A stretch of DNA of 63,993 nt, filler included, from Neoconidiobolus thromboides FSU 785 (GCA_025603075.1; 11 parts of 11 records of this genome joined end to end with filler, not necessarily neighbours in it); one strand, 5' to 3'; shown: positions 11,004 to 24,891, numbered from the whole stretch's first letter. Program-made: numbers and translations. Notes: generated by a model not told the origin, from the letters alone.

Positions 11004-12440
11004 TTAAGCTTCTTTAAGACTAAAGGCTTTAGCTACCTTATAATTTGTAATATCGTAGTCAAATGGAGTTAAATTTAGTTTGTTGTCAATTTTATAAGCC
11101 CAAGATCCATTATTATTATTTTTGATATTATTACTAAAACTATGTTTAATAAACTGGCCGCATAGCTTAATCGACTTTATACTGCTTGGATGAAATTCAA
11201 TTGACTGAAATGCATGTGGCATATCCTCAAAATGATGTAATATCACTTGTTGACCATTTGACTTGGTTTGGCTGTGACTTTTGATTTTACGTGCAAATAT
11301 CATAATTTCGTCCTCAAACCTTTCTTCGCTGCCTACAGTCTAAATATAATCATTAATAAATAATCGTTAATATAATAAACCAATCTTCATTTACCACCAT
11401 TATTGGGGGGAATCCATCAAAGCTATTCTGATACATTGGACTAACGAGTGGGTATTTCAAATATTTTTCAGTAGTGTAAAAATGACCATTAACACTTAAA
11501 ATCTCTTCTTTTAAAGAAGGAATTGTGTTTTCTAATAATTCATTGATAAATAAATAGCCTTTTCCATATTTGGAGTTGGGCTCTGGTAAATAATCATTAT
11601 TTTTTGTCAAAATACTGGGTTGTGATGAGGTTAAGTCGACCCATGGACTTAATAATAAACCTCCTGCTACCATTTTATATTCTTCAAGTTGACTTAATAA
11701 TATTAAAAATGAACTGGATAATCCTCCTCCTGCACTATCACCAGCAATTACTATTTTACTTGCATCAATGTCCATTCCTAGACATTTGGCAGTGCTCTGG
11801 GATATTAGAAATAGGTAAGCTGCCAAAGTGTCCTCCAAAGCACAGGGGAAAGGGAATTCAGGCGCTAGTCTATAGTTTAAAGCTAAAAAATATTGTTAAT
11901 GGTAAGGATATCAAAATGAAAGCGTAATTTATTACCAGCTACTTGACAGTTTGCTTCTCTACCCAATTGGCAATAGAGCGGGCGCTGAGTATTATTAGAG
12001 CATAATATGTATGCGCCACCATGTAAATAAAATAGTGTTTCTTTGTCAACCCTACAATCCACACTTTTGGGCACTGCGAATTCTAGTTCCAATTTTTCAC
12101 TGTTATACCAAAGAGCATCTTCTCTTTCAATTGGATATTTACCAATTTCTTTGATTAATATTTCTTTAATGATGTTATGACTCAACTCCCTATAGTGATC
12201 CGGGATATAAGTTGTTGTTATATCAAAATCTTCAGGTGGTGCCTTGGAGCCCATCTCCATGTTATCACGAGCCATCTTCAAGGTTTGCCCTGGATAAGGA
12301 TCCAAGCTCTTTTTGATAGCACTCCAGGTTTGGCGGAACTTTAAATCCCAAGAAGGTAGAGGTACCTCTTGAGTTAAATTTACATAGCTTGAATATAGAG
12401 CTGTGTTTAGTAAATTACAAGCAGATTTTTTTTTGTCCAT
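11004..12440 (-). CDS. HSL-family alpha/beta hydrolase (esterase/lipase), paralogue B, complete, 3 exons
   Basis: Introns 11935-11883 and 11394-11340 join HGGAY...QVA|ALNYRLAPEFPFPCALED...GDSAGG...LSPWVDLT...IMV|TVGSEERFEDE...EDMPHAFQ; nucleophile Ser and His motifs present. Confidence 0.93.
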
Positions 12441-13070
12441 GATAAGGAATTATAAGTTAAAGTTGGTTGTTTATTTGATTTTATATACTTTTTTTGTGTT
12501 TAATCTGCAATTGATTATTTTGATTTAGACCATCGTTGATTTGTAATTAATTTTGATTTTTTCGGGAAATATTCTGATGGTACGATTTAAATGTGCCTAC
12601 ACTTTAATTACTAATTAGTTTGATAGAGGCGGGTTACGGCTTAACATTTAAGCCAATATCCATAGGAATTGTATAACTGATTATTATAAATTTCTATAAT
12701 CTATTATTTTTTAAACACTATTTTAAATACTATCAAGATATTTTTTTAATTTTTCTTTTTGTTCATTTTTTATAGCATAAAATTTAAAGAATTATAAATA
12801 TTAAAATAAAAAAGATGTTTCGCACTTGGGGGGTTTATACTGTTTCAAGGTTTTCATTTTCTGAAAAAAAGATGTCTCTATACATTAAACACCCTCTACT
12901 TGGAAAACTATCTTTTATGAAATAACAAATTACTAATAAAACTTTATAGCATAAAATACTATACTGATTATACTCTAACAGAGTTAAAAAATCAAACAAT
13001 GCAGGAAACTTTATAAGTTAGAATATATTGAGCCAAGAAACAAGAAAATAAGTTATTGCTTCATTTAAAA

Positions 13071-13756
13071 TCAAGCTTCCTCTTCTTTAAGACTAAAAGT
13101 TTGTGATATTTGATACTCTGTTATATCATAATCAAGCGGGGTTAAATTTAGTTTGGTATCAATTCTACATGCCCAAAATTGATCATCGTTGTTATTATTA
13201 ATGTTATCACTTAAACAATCAGCAATAAACTTGGAGCCTAATTCAAATGATTTTTGACAGCTTGGATGGGAATCAAAAGTTTGAAATAGATGTATCATCT
13301 CATCATAAACATGTAGTATTACTTGTTGACTATTTGAGGTCCCTTTGTTATTACTCTTTAATTTGTAAGCGAATATCATACATTCATCCTCGAATCTTTC
13401 TTCATCACCTACAATCTAAAAGCAATTGTTAATTAACTAAAAATTTATATACAAAAAATTTAACTTACCACCATTATCGGAGGGAATCCATCAAAGCTAT
13501 TTTGATACATTGGACTAACAAGTGGGTATTTCAAATATTTTTCAGTAGTGTAAAAATGACCATTAACATTTACAATCTCTTCTCTCAAATTGTCGGATAC
13601 ATTTACCAGTAGCTCATTAATAAATAAATATCTTTCACCATCTTTCAAGTTTGGTGCCTCTAAAAAATCATTATTTTTTGTCAAAATACTGGGTTGTGAT
13701 GAGGTTAAGTCGACCCATGGACTTAATAATAAACCTCCTGCTACCATTTTATATTC
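13071..13756 (-). CDS. HSL-family alpha/beta hydrolase, paralogue C, C-terminal part (5' lost in gap)
   Basis: LSPWVDLTSSQPS...IMV|IVGDEERFEDE...DEMIHLFQ; intron 13468-13416 at the same position as in paralogue B. Confidence 0.88.
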
Positions 13757-13856
13757 NNNNNNNNNNNNNNNNNNNNNNNNNNNNNNNNNNNNNNNNNNNN
13801 TTAATTAATTAANNNNNNNNNNNNNNNNNNNNNNNNNNNNNNNNNNNNNNNNNNNN

Positions 13857-14443
13857 GATTCTATGACTTGAACTCTGGTTCATTACATGTAGAAGGAACT
13901 AATATTAAAGAATGGAATTTGCCTTATTTGAGATCTGGTATGGCCATAGTAGGACAAGAGCCAGTCTTATTTGATTTAACTATTAGAGAAAATATAGCTT
14001 ATGGTAGACCTGATGCAAGTGAAGAAGAAATTGTCAATGCTGCTAAGATGGCAAATGCTCATAACTTTATTTTGGAACAACCTGAAGGTTATGATACTAG
14101 AGTTGGTGAACGTGGTGGTAAATTATCTGGTGGCCAAAAACAAAGAATTGCTATTGCTAGAGCTGTACTCTTGAATCCTAAGTTGTTGTTATTAGACGAA
14201 GCTACCTCAGCTTTAGATTCTGATTCTGAAAAAGTAGTCCAAGTTGCATTGGATAAAGCTGCAGAAGGTAGAACAACGATTACTATTGCTCATCGTCTTT
14301 CTACAGTACAAGATTGTGATTGTATTGTAGTAATGAAGTTAGGTAAAATGGTTGAAATGGGCACTCACGAAGAATTGTTAGAACTAAAAGGATATTATTA
14401 TTCTTTAGTTACGCAGCAACAATTGACTAAAGAGGAGGAATAG
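13857..14443 (+). CDS. ABCB (MDR/P-glycoprotein) transporter, C-terminal nucleotide-binding domain; 5' lost in gap
   Basis: Q-loop GQEPVLF, signature LSGGQKQRIAIARA, Walker B LLLDEATSALD, H-loop IAHRLSTV. Confidence 0.93.
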
Positions 14444-15156
14444 AAGCTTGTTTACTGGTTTATAATTTTATTAATAAATAATAACATATTTTTTTAACTT
14501 ATAAATTTCTTTTGTTTTTTGGCTTAATAGTTAAGTATAAATTTATAAACTAATACTATAATAATAACTTGCAACATAATTTTATTTTAGTAATAGATTA
14601 TCAAAAAGATTTACTGAATTAGAATATTGAATAGGGATAACAAGCAATTTGGTTCAAAATTTAGTATTTTTAACTTATCAAGTTTATCAAGTAATTTAAA
14701 CAAATTAGTGTAAAATTTTTCTTCAATAATTCAAAACAAAAACGAACAAATAAGAAAGCTAATCTATAAAGAGGTTTATTATATTTTGACCATAACCATT
14801 TTGATTTACGCTACTAAGTTTACATTTTGTTTACTTTTATCCAAAGTATCATTGCAATATTTTGATGATTTGCTCATATTTCTCTCCTAAGATAAATGTG
14901 GTGTTAAAAATACTGTAAAGTTTCTTGCACTACCAAGAATTCCGAAAAGACTTAAAAAATTATATCGACTTCATTGACCATTGCCTAATAACCTATTAAT
15001 TCCGAAAATCTTTTTGCATATTGATGTTTGTTTGAATAATATAACAAATAATAGGTCCTAGTATAGTATTTTTTCAACAATTCTAGTATAGTTTATTAAT
15101 AATGGCAGAAAAGTCACAAACGCTTAAATAAAATTCCAAGTATTAGGATAAAAGTA

Positions 15157-15255
15157 ATGGGGTGTTTTTTTGGCTTCATTACTTTTTCTATCCTTTAAGC
15201 ACTATTTAAGCGGAAAATTTATTAGTAAATTCTTAAGCACAAAATACATCCCCAA
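15157..15255 (+). mobile_element. 105-bp MITE family copy 5
   Basis: atggggtgttttttt...aagcactatttaagcggaaa...aaaatacatcccca. Confidence 0.82.
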
Positions 15256-15806
15256 TGTTAATAATAATAAAATTTATTTTAATTAGTTGAATAATATTAA
15301 ATGGAAAAACAAGATCAGTTAAAACAAAGTACAGTTAAAAGCATAACTTTTATTATATTGATGCTATTATAGAATATTTCAATATATTTGTTTATAGTTT
15401 CATAATTTACTATATTAAACAAATTTGGTTCGGATGGCATAATGAGAGTAAAAATTGAAATATCATGGTTGCTTTATAGTTAATGAATATAATTAAGTTA
15501 TATAAAAACTATTTGATTGATAGAATTTCTTGAATATTTGGTAAAAATAATCCAGTTAAACTATCCTGACTTTGTGAAATTTGATTATAGCAAATAACCA
15601 CTTTTTCCAATCTTTATGTGATGTAAATATATTACAACAATATAGCTAATAATTTATTTCAAGAACATTTATTTCAACATGTTAGCTAAATTGCTTTATT
15701 TAGAGATTTCAAAGCATTAATTGTCATTGATAATATAACATTAAGTAACTATGTTAAAATGAAAAAGTATTTAAGACAAATTGAGTGTAAAAAAACATTT
15801 ACAAAG

Positions 15807-17240
15807 ATGAATTTTAGATTATTTCAAATTTCAATAATGTTTTTATCCGTAATGGCTGAGCCATATTACGGTGGATTGTTAAAAGTAGATAACGGTGTAT
15901 TAAAGAAGTTCAAAGTTTTTAGGAGTGGAGGTTCAACGGAACGATGGTTTAATCAATCTTTAACCCATGATGGTGGCCCAGATAGCAGAAAGTTTTGGAA
16001 GCAACGTTATTTTGTAAATGATCAATATTATCAACCAGGCGGGCCTGCTTTTCTTTATATAAGTGGCGAAGATGAACTTGATGGTAGCTGGGCACAATAT
16101 TCACTTTTAGCTAAAGCAGCTGAAGAACACAATGGAGTTGTGTATGCTCTAGAACATCGGTTTTATGGACAATCTCAACCTAAACCTGATTTAAGCCTTG
16201 AAAGTTTGAAATACCTTACTTCTGATTTGGCTATCGGTGATTTGGCTACCTTTGTTTTAAATATTACATTGCCACAATCGAATACCAATCGGACTAATAG
16301 CCTTAATACTAAATGGATAATTGGTGGTGGAAGTTATGCAGGAAATATTGCTGCTTGGGCACGCTCTATATATCCAAACATTTTTTATGGAGCAATTGCA
16401 TCCTCCGCACCAGTTGAAGCGAAAGAAAACTTTTATGAATATGATTTACAAGTTCAAAAATCAATTGTTGTAAATGGTGGACAAGACTGCTTGAATTATT
16501 ACATTGAAAACATTAAAGCAATTGATCATGTGCTGTTTAGTGGTGATGAAGTTAAAATTAAGAGTTTAAAGGAAAAATTTAATTGTGCAGATGTTGATAA
16601 TAGATATTTTGTTAGTAGTTTAGGCCAAATTGGTGGTATAGTTCAGGATAGTAATAACACCAATATTAATATTGCCAATCATTGTAAATCATTATATTTA
16701 AAGGGATCGGGTGCCGAAAAATTAGATGATTTTGCTTCAAATTTCAAAAAAAGCCTTGGAAAGAATACATGTAAAAGCTTTACTGACTTTTCGCGTTACA
16801 ATTCTACTCATCAACTTGGCCCCAATGAATCTACGCGTCAATGGTTTTATCAATCTTGTAATGAATTCGGTTACTGGCAAGTTGCACCTCCAAAAAACTT
16901 TCCTTCATTAAAATCTCGGCTTTTTGATGTTGCTTTTAATCGTGAATCAATTTGTAGTGCCGTTTTTGGACCCAAAGGGCCTGCATATCCAAACATTAAT
17001 GAAACCAATAAAAAATACAAAGGTAAAAGCATTAAGTTTGACCGATTGTTGTTTGTTAATGGGGAGCTTGATCCATGGACCCCACTTTCTGTTACTAATT
17101 CAACAGATAAATTACAATCTATAATCATCAAAGGAGCTGCGCATTGTGCTGATATAGCTTATCCAGATTCAAGTGACACACAATATATTGCAGAAGCAAA
17201 GAGAAAAGTTCTTGAATTTATCAGAAACATCTTAAAATAA
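15807..17240 (+). CDS. Secreted serine carboxypeptidase S28 family (PRCP/DPP7-like)
   Basis: FNQSLTH, WKQRYFVN, ALEHRFYGQSQP, GGSYAG nucleophile, ASSAPV, WFYQSCNEFGYWQ, NGELDPW, AAHCAD. Likely start MNFRLFQ at 15807 (ORF opens at 15759); intronless. Confidence 0.93.
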   Translation: MNFRLFQISIMFLSVMAEPYYGGLLKVDNGVLKKFKVFRSGGSTERWFNQSLTHDGGPDSRKFWKQRYFVNDQYYQPGGPAFLYISGEDELDGSWAQYSLLAKAAEEHNGVVYALEHRFYGQSQPKPDLSLESLKYLTSDLAIGDLATFVLNITLPQSNTNRTNSLNTKWIIGGGSYAGNIAAWARSIYPNIFYGAIASSAPVEAKENFYEYDLQVQKSIVVNGGQDCLNYYIENIKAIDHVLFSGDEVKIKSLKEKFNCADVDNRYFVSSLGQIGGIVQDSNNTNINIANHCKSLYLKGSGAEKLDDFASNFKKSLGKNTCKSFTDFSRYNSTHQLGPNESTRQWFYQSCNEFGYWQVAPPKNFPSLKSRLFDVAFNRESICSAVFGPKGPAYPNINETNKKYKGKSIKFDRLLFVNGELDPWTPLSVTNSTDKLQSIIIKGAAHCADIAYPDSSDTQYIAEAKRKVLEFIRNILK

Positions 17241-18093
17241 ATGGAATAAAAGCAATAGCTACAGATATTTAATGTCTATAGTTAAACTTTATTAAGCAGC
17301 TAAACTAGTATTATTCGAAATAACATTTAAATGCTTCAGTTATGATTATAAAGTTCTCAGGGACCTTAGCAGTACTTTCAACATTTTTGAACCCATATTA
17401 TTATCTTATGTAATCAAAAATAAAAATAAAGTTCTAATATTCAAATACGGAAATAATCATATCATTAGTTTAAAGGTCCCTCTTAAGAATTATTACTGTA
17501 TTAAAAAATTGGATTATCTAAGTTTTTTAAAAAAATGGGCTGCTGCTGTGTAACTCTATTGTTTAGTTAACTTCTCTTAAAAATGTGTTATTTGTAAGGT
17601 ATAGCAATAATTTTAAAAGCTTGGTAACCTAGAAAAAGAAGCTCGGATATTCCAGATAGTTATGATTGCTGATTTACTTATTTTAGTTTTAAAAATTACA
17701 AAAATAAATCCAATCATAGAAAACATATAACTCGCTAATACTAGCAATGTATAGTTAGGTAGTCTAGTGAATACCCTGTACTTTGTTCTCGAACTGTTAC
17801 TACATTATTTGCTCCTCTCTTTTTTAATACTCTCTTTTTAAATTCCAAATAACGATTAATCATAGTCTAAATACTAGCAATATAAATACAGAAAAGAGCG
17901 CTGGGTCAAAGTTGGTTGTAACCCTCCATATAACTCCATCTCCTTTTATCAAAGACTATATCCGTCAGTTGTTTTTACTTTATCAGATTCTGCTAATTGT
18001 GTGCTTAAGATTGTTGAAATTAAAGATGATATACTATAAATCAACGCTATCATATGTGGTTTGATCTTAAATTATATTTTGTAGATAATAAAA

Positions 18094-18196
18094 ATATGAG
18101 GATGTATTTTTGTGTTTAAGAATCCTACTAACAAATTTTCCGCTTAAATAGCGCTTAAAAAGTAGAAAAAATAGAAGTCAAAAAACACTCTCATAT
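18094..18196 (-). mobile_element. 105-bp MITE family copy 6
   Basis: atatgaggatgtatttt...ttccgcttaaatagcgcttaaaa...aacactctcatat. Confidence 0.85.
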
Positions 18197-18382
18197 AGTA
18201 GAAATGTTTGAGGTGTAAAGTATCGTAATTCATTGATGGAGCTTATATTCAGCTGATGTCAAAGAAATAAAAATAAATATAATTTAAGATATTGAATCTG
18301 ATAAACCGCTTATTGAAATAATAGTAATAATTATTATCAAAAAAGCGTATAAAGTATATAAATTTATTAACTTCAAAACAAA

Positions 18383-18486
18383 ATATGGGGATGTTTTTTT
18401 GACTTCATTACTTTTTTCATTTTTTAAGTGCTATTTAAGCGGGAAATTTGTTAGTAAAACTCTTACACAAAAATACATCCCCATAC
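18383..18486 (+). mobile_element. 105-bp MITE family copy 7
   Basis: atatggggatgttttttt...aaaaatacatccccatac; near-perfect TIRs. Confidence 0.88.
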
Positions 18487-18526
18487 TTTTTAAATTTGAA
18501 TTATTAGATAAATTTTCTTTAATAAA

Positions 18527-18626
18527 ATATGAGGGTATTTTATTTTATCATTTTCCAACTTTTAGGTGCTATTTGAGCGGAAAATTTGTTAGTAAAATTC
18601 TTAAACACGAAAATACATCCCCATAT
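18527..18626 (+). mobile_element. 105-bp MITE family copy 8
   Basis: atatgagggtatttt...gctatttgagcggaaaatttgttagtaaaattc...aatacatccccatat. Confidence 0.82.
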
Positions 18627-20838
18627 GTAGTTTAAAAATTATAGTACTTGAATTCTGAAAATCATAATATTAACCTGTAATTGTTGTATTTTTCAATCCA
18701 GTATTCTAATGAATTATCTATAAAATCTAATAGTATTATAATTCACTTATATTTTATTTTCAATTTTCAAATCAATTTAACATAAAAATAAAATTTATTA
18801 AAATTTATTAAAATTTATAGGTCCACCATATTTAAAATGTTTCATTTAATTTTATCAGGAAGCTATCTCAACCTTTTAAATAATAAAATAATAATCTTTA
18901 CATAATGTTTTCATAATAAAAAAAGGCAATATAAAATACATACAATCTACTTTAGCAAAATGATGTGGTACTATAAAAAATAAGATACGGTTATGAGGCT
19001 AAATTTCGAGATGCTTTTTAGAATAATTTTAAATAAATTCGTATTATGTAATATGTTATTGGAGTTATAAGATAGAAATGAGGCAGATGTATAAATATAA
19101 AATATGGAAAAAGTATCATATGGATTTATCATGAATTAAAGTTTAAAAAACTGATGTATATAAAAGCTGTTTTAAGCTTAAGATCGCTCAAAAATGAACC
19201 TATTAAGTAAATTTATTAATATTTTAGTTACTTTTTTCCTTTTAAATTCCAGATAGCGGTATATTCCTTTTTAACATAATATTAAAGATTTGACCATTTT
19301 AGCATAACGTTACAATGTATCAAGTATTCTATCTAATACGCAATAATTAAGGTTATTAATTTACTATCGCTTATTTCTAATACCATTCGTAAAAAGAATT
19401 TAAATACTTAACTTATTATCAAAATAGGGTGGATTATAGATTATGATAGGAAATAAATGATAAAAAAATAATAAAAATTAAAATAGTAAATTTAAATAAA
19501 CTTTAAAGTATTTGAGGTCATTGATTATAGCATAAATTCTAGATTATAAACCATACAAGAACCACAATACCGAACTTATATTAAGAATTATATTTTGGAA
19601 TCAATAGAGTCTGCATTTTTATTTATAGAAAACCGTCCTATCTATATCTTTATTTTGTTCATTTTATTCTGGGACTTTATGAAATTATGATGCTTTTATT
19701 TATTAATAGCAATAGTTTATACTAATAAGAATGGTTCTTTTATTGCTCTTATAGTTAATTATATATATATATTATAATTAATGACTTTATTTTATTAAGT
19801 AAGAAGATTCTAAGTTGATTGATTACATTTAGGGGTTATCCTTTACTGGTTAGAAGCTTTTACTTTAAAAAAATGAGCCAAGTAAAAAAGATGATTAAAG
19901 TTAAAATAAAGCGAAAATTAAATAAATTTGCAATGGTTTTAATAATAACTTATATTTGTTATTTAAAAATATAACTTTTTTAAAATTATATTAATAGCAT
20001 CAAGTTTTTTTACCTTCATTAATCAATAAAATGACAGAGTTTTATGTTAAGGTAGGAATAGTAGTACAAAGATGGCTGTGAGCGAACATCTTTAGGTTAC
20101 ATTAAAGTAAAGTTAAATTATTAAGCGCTTCGATAAAATCTAACAAATCCATTAATTTGGTCCTCGTGGCTATGTATAAGATAACCCCCCTTTTCTCCCT
20201 TTACATTACTATTCATAACAATTATTCAACTCTTTTTTGATGTTCTGTTTTATAATAAATTTTGGAACTATAATCTTTTACGGGTTTGTGGATATTTAGA
20301 GAAAAATTAAAACCATAGTAAGAATAAAGATAAGGTAGTATTACTAAGTAAATAACATTAACAATTATTATCAAGGTTTGAGATAAACCTTTTGTATGCA
20401 GTTAACATTTATATAACATTACAATAACAAGGAAGAATAAGATGTTTTAAAATAATAATAATAATAATAAAAAGGAGAATTAAAATCAAAAATAGGAATG
20501 GAAAAGGGGTTGAGGGAAATTGTTTAAATATTACAAAATTTATTTAAATAAAATTAAAAAATGTGATTAAGATACATAAACAGGTTAGGTGGATATAAGA
20601 AGAATGATGGGATATTACAATATAAACTTTAAGAAAAAATGAATAGTAAAACTTAAATAATTGAAATTGAAACTATTATTATAATATTTTCAATTAATTT
20701 TGTTTTTCATAATGAATTATTATAAATAATAATAAAAGATATGATCATACTAAAAAATATAAAATGCTACAGAAGATAAAAAATCTGATATTTCTCAGAA
20801 ACTTACAACGTCAAATCATAATATCAAAAAGCAATAAC

Positions 20839-21681
20839 TTATTTTTTAGCTACCATTTTCCTTATATGGGTACGTATGTGTTGATTAAGATTATCTGATC
20901 TTGAGAATGCTTTTCCACAATCAATATATGAACAAATAAATGATTTTATAGGGTTGTGTACTGAATTCAAATGTCTTTTGAGATGTTCTGATCTTTTAAA
21001 TGTTTTATTACATCCTGGTTTAGGGCAATCAAATGGTAAATCACAAACCGGTTTAGTACATTTACGTTTATTGCGTGTTATTTTAGTCTTAGAATTACTC
21101 TGTTGCTGGTTATCATTTACATTGTTAATACCATTATTATGCAAAGTTGACTCTAAATCCATTTTAATTGGGCTAATTGCTTCTGGAGAAGCTATTTTCT
21201 TATTAAATGAAAATGATGGTGAATTTAATGTTATACTGGCTTCGCTTCCTTTATTTAATAAACTTGTTTCAATAATGCTTGAAGTAGGTGATGAATTACT
21301 ATTATTCATTATTAGTGAGTTATTCATATTGTTCATATTCATGTTGTTACTTGTTAATAATAATTCCGGCATCATTGTTGCAGCAGTAGCAGTGGAAGTC
21401 ATTGGATCATAATAGTTCAATAAGTGATAGTTCAAATGATAATTATAAATAGGATGGGGATGAGTAGCCATTACTGGAGGGGGTAATAGCGCTATACCAG
21501 AAGAGGAAGGCGATAGTGAAGAAGATTGGTGCTGTAAATAAAATTGTGAAGATAAAATGGGTTCAAAGTAAGATAATTCATTATTAGTAGTTATATTGTT
21601 TAGGTTTGCAGCTGAACAATAATTATAGGGATCTTGTATGTTTATTTCTTGATATAGTTGTTTTTTATTGTATTCTTCCAT
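20839..21681 (-). CDS. Msn2/Msn4-like C2H2 zinc-finger transcription factor (paralogue 1)
   Basis: C-terminal [24 protein letters not shown]...[23 protein letters not shown] matches the Msn2/4/Seb1 finger pair; Asn/Ser-rich N-terminus. Confidence 0.9.
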   Translation of the reverse strand: MEEYNKKQLYQEINIQDPYNYCSAANLNNITTNNELSYFEPILSSQFYLQHQSSSLSPSSSGIALLPPPVMATHPHPIYNYHLNYHLLNYYDPMTSTATAATMMPELLLTSNNMNMNNMNNSLIMNNSNSSPTSSIIETSLLNKGSEASITLNSPSFSFNKKIASPEAISPIKMDLESTLHNNGINNVNDNQQQSNSKTKITRNKRKCTKPVCDLPFDCPKPGCNKTFKRSEHLKRHLNSVHNPIKSFICSYIDCGKAFSRSDNLNQHIRTHIRKMVAKK

Positions 21682-24600
21682 TCGATTATGTTATTTGTTT
21701 AATATTCTTTGTTTTTTAAAAAAATAAATAAAGAGAGAAAGAACCACTATTTATACCTAAATTCCAGTTTATAAATTCTAATTACAAAAGTAAAAAGTTC
21801 AAAAAAAAATTGATTTATTTAAGTAATTCTAAAAAGTAATTAGTGTTATTACCAATTTAAGTTCAGCTGGTTTAGTTTGTCCATTTTAATTCACTTACTA
21901 TGGTGTAAAATCAAGTAATGTTTCGAATGATTGGCAATAAAAGATTCAACCATAAATTCTTGACTTTTGATTGGATACCATAGCCGAAATCGATACAAGT
22001 TTAAAAAGCAAATATCGATTTATTTATTTACTTACTATTAGTTTTAAATATAAATGATGTATAATGAATAATAACGAATTTATACTACAAAATGGCTATA
22101 AATATATGCTTAAAAACTAAAGATATTATTTTTATTCCAATTATTATAAATTAAGCAATGCTATTTCTGATTTTTAATTTTGATCTTATTTTTTATAAAT
22201 CAAAATTGAAAATGAATGATGTTTCATATGAATTATTGAACTTTTAAATTTTGTTTTTTATTGTTATTTTTATCTGATTAATTGAAGTTAATCAGTCTCT
22301 TGACTTTTATATTTATATTTTCAGTTGACATTATAATTTCTATTATTGTATGATAAGCCTAGACTCTCTATATACAAGCATTTAGACTATATGATCATCT
22401 TTACTTTTACTTATTACTATAGTATCCAATATGCATATTCGTCACTATATAATGTATTAAATATAATAGATGGAACAGCAAATTAAAATAAGCTTAAGTC
22501 TATTCATTAGTAATCAAAGTAACTAATATAAATGATAACGGTTATTATATTAATAAATATATAAAAATAATACGCACCGTAGTTCATTTGATGAGATCAT
22601 GGTTTCAGGGAAGGATTTGCCCCCTTTACTATTAGAAAGTTCGCTATATTCCACATTTTTCATTGTTACTTTATATTCATTCTTGATATTTTATAGCTAT
22701 TCGTACTATGTTTAGCTATGCTTTGTTATATACATATAAATACAAACATTGTTTGTTTTAATTTATGTATATAATAAAAGTAATATTTGCATAAATAAAT
22801 ACTGTTCTTTTCTTTTCATCAACTTTGATTTATCATTTGATAATAATATTAAATCATCGAAAATAATTTAGTAGTTACTAGTGTGAATTTATATTCTTAT
22901 TGTGTATTAATTCTTATTGTGTATTGTGCTATTTTACGAGCATTTGAATTAACTATAGTTGGATCATTCCATATTATACTAAATGAACGGGGCGCTGTCT
23001 ATAGTCAAATTATAAGTATTTGTTTACATGTATATATATATTATTCATTAGAGGAAGATTAAACTAGACAGCTCAGTTTTTCAAACTTTCATAATCAAAT
23101 GAGATATAAAAATTATAAGAAATAAACAGAATTGAGTTTTTTATTTAAAATATTAGTATTATCTTTAAAATAGACAACAAGATTTTTGTAACTTATACTT
23201 TGTTTTTCACAATTTAAAGTTTAGTAATTAAAATTAATTTAATACATCTAAAGTACTTTATTTATTGATATTGGATTGGTCTATTTAATATGAATTAGTA
23301 TCAAGATTTTAAATTAAATGTAAAATATGAGTTTATCAAAATAAGAAATTCATTGACATACAGCTACTAATATATTAAAGATATAATTCAAAATATAAGA
23401 TAAAATAGAATAAAGTATCAGTTGTATCAAGGTTTAAATAGTATAGTATTCACGATCTAAAAAATAAAACAAGACAAACTATAAAAAAGTAAAAAGATCA
23501 AGTTAAATGACAATAGTAATTTATTAGGATCATTAAATAATGAACTAAAATAGTAATAAGGAAAAGCTATGAACTCGTTACTTTTAGGTTCATTGTAAAT
23601 AGTAGATCCGTTTTTATCCTTATTTTTACTCATTTCAACTCTATACTACATTATTATTGTAGCTCATTTTCAATAAGTAAACACCTCACTTTAATTTCTA
23701 TTTTTGTTATTGTTACTATTATTACCTCTTTTTTATTTTATCTGCATTTACTAAGAGATTTAATAGCATTTATTAAGTTTAATATCTTAAAAGAATAAAC
23801 TATTATATTGTTAGTAATACAATAAAATGAAAAAATAAAAACTAGTTAGATAATTTATATTAAACAATATAATATTACCGTAAAACGAACTTTAGCTTTA
23901 ATATCTTTATTCTTTTTGTTTATATAACATAAAATCAAGATTGATTATTTTTGAAATTCAAACTTAAATAGAAAGTAAAATGATGATACAAAATAAAAAT
24001 AAAACTTGTAAGTAACCAAATCAAATTTCGGCTAAACTGATAGAAACAATTATATGTAATAAATGAAAAAACCATACAGATTGTTCACAAATAACTATGA
24101 ATTTATGACATATATATGGTACTATCCGCTCATTTAGTTCATTTTTATTTTGGATCATAATTGGGTAGATATTATTTAATAATATAATATTGATATATAA
24201 AATGAATTAAAGATATAAATAAAATTAAAATTAGTTAAATATAGTAATAAAGTTAACAATAAACTACAAAAAATAGGAATAGAAACTATAGCTAATCCCA
24301 TAACTAACAGTAGACAATTTTTTGACTATGGAAAATTTAAACTCCGAAAGTTTAATTTTTTAGTAATGTTTTTTTTATTAACAGTTTACTAAGGATTTTT
24401 TTGAAATTTTGGCTTTAAGAATTGAACAAAATACCAAAATAGGAAAAAACACTCCTATGTGAATTTACATTTTTTTGTATAAATATAGTATAGTAGTTAT
24501 TGTGTACAAAGAAGTGACTATAATATATATACTATAATATTTGGGATCATGAAAACTAAAAATCAAGATTAATATTATGAAATATAAGTTAATTTTCTCA

Positions 24601-24891
24601 TGTATTTTTCATTTTAGGTTATTTAATGTATTTTAATAACTCTTTGTTCAATAATAGTAGTGATCATTTATATTTTCGAAAAAAAAAATGAAGATTACTA
24701 ATTAAACCTTTAAGAATAAAAGAATATTTAGAACAATAGTAACCGTATTAGCAATAAACTAAAAAAGGAATGATAAAAAATAATGACAGATCTTATGAAT
24801 ATATAAAAACGAAAATAAACAGTAACAATATAAAAAAGTGTATAAAATAAAATAAGTAATGATTATATTTAAATAGAATAACATCAGTTTG

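Noticed and set aside
16726-17131. Short ORFs inside the S28 gene (also 11604..11927, 13247..13432, 20954..21412, 24968..25879, 27435..27632, 33840..34118, 42909..44628, 55359..55598, 60141..60332)
   Set aside because: Alternate-frame or antisense shadows of strongly supported genes.
8095-18626. Clustered MITE copies as a CRISPR-like array
   Set aside because: Repeats are ~105 bp, irregularly spaced, in both orientations and carry TIRs; eukaryotic context with no cas genes.
18399-18635. ORFs 18399..18635, 39283..39492 and 53537..53731 sharing CYLSGKFVSK-like text
   Set aside because: They are translations of the 105-bp MITE, not a peptide family.
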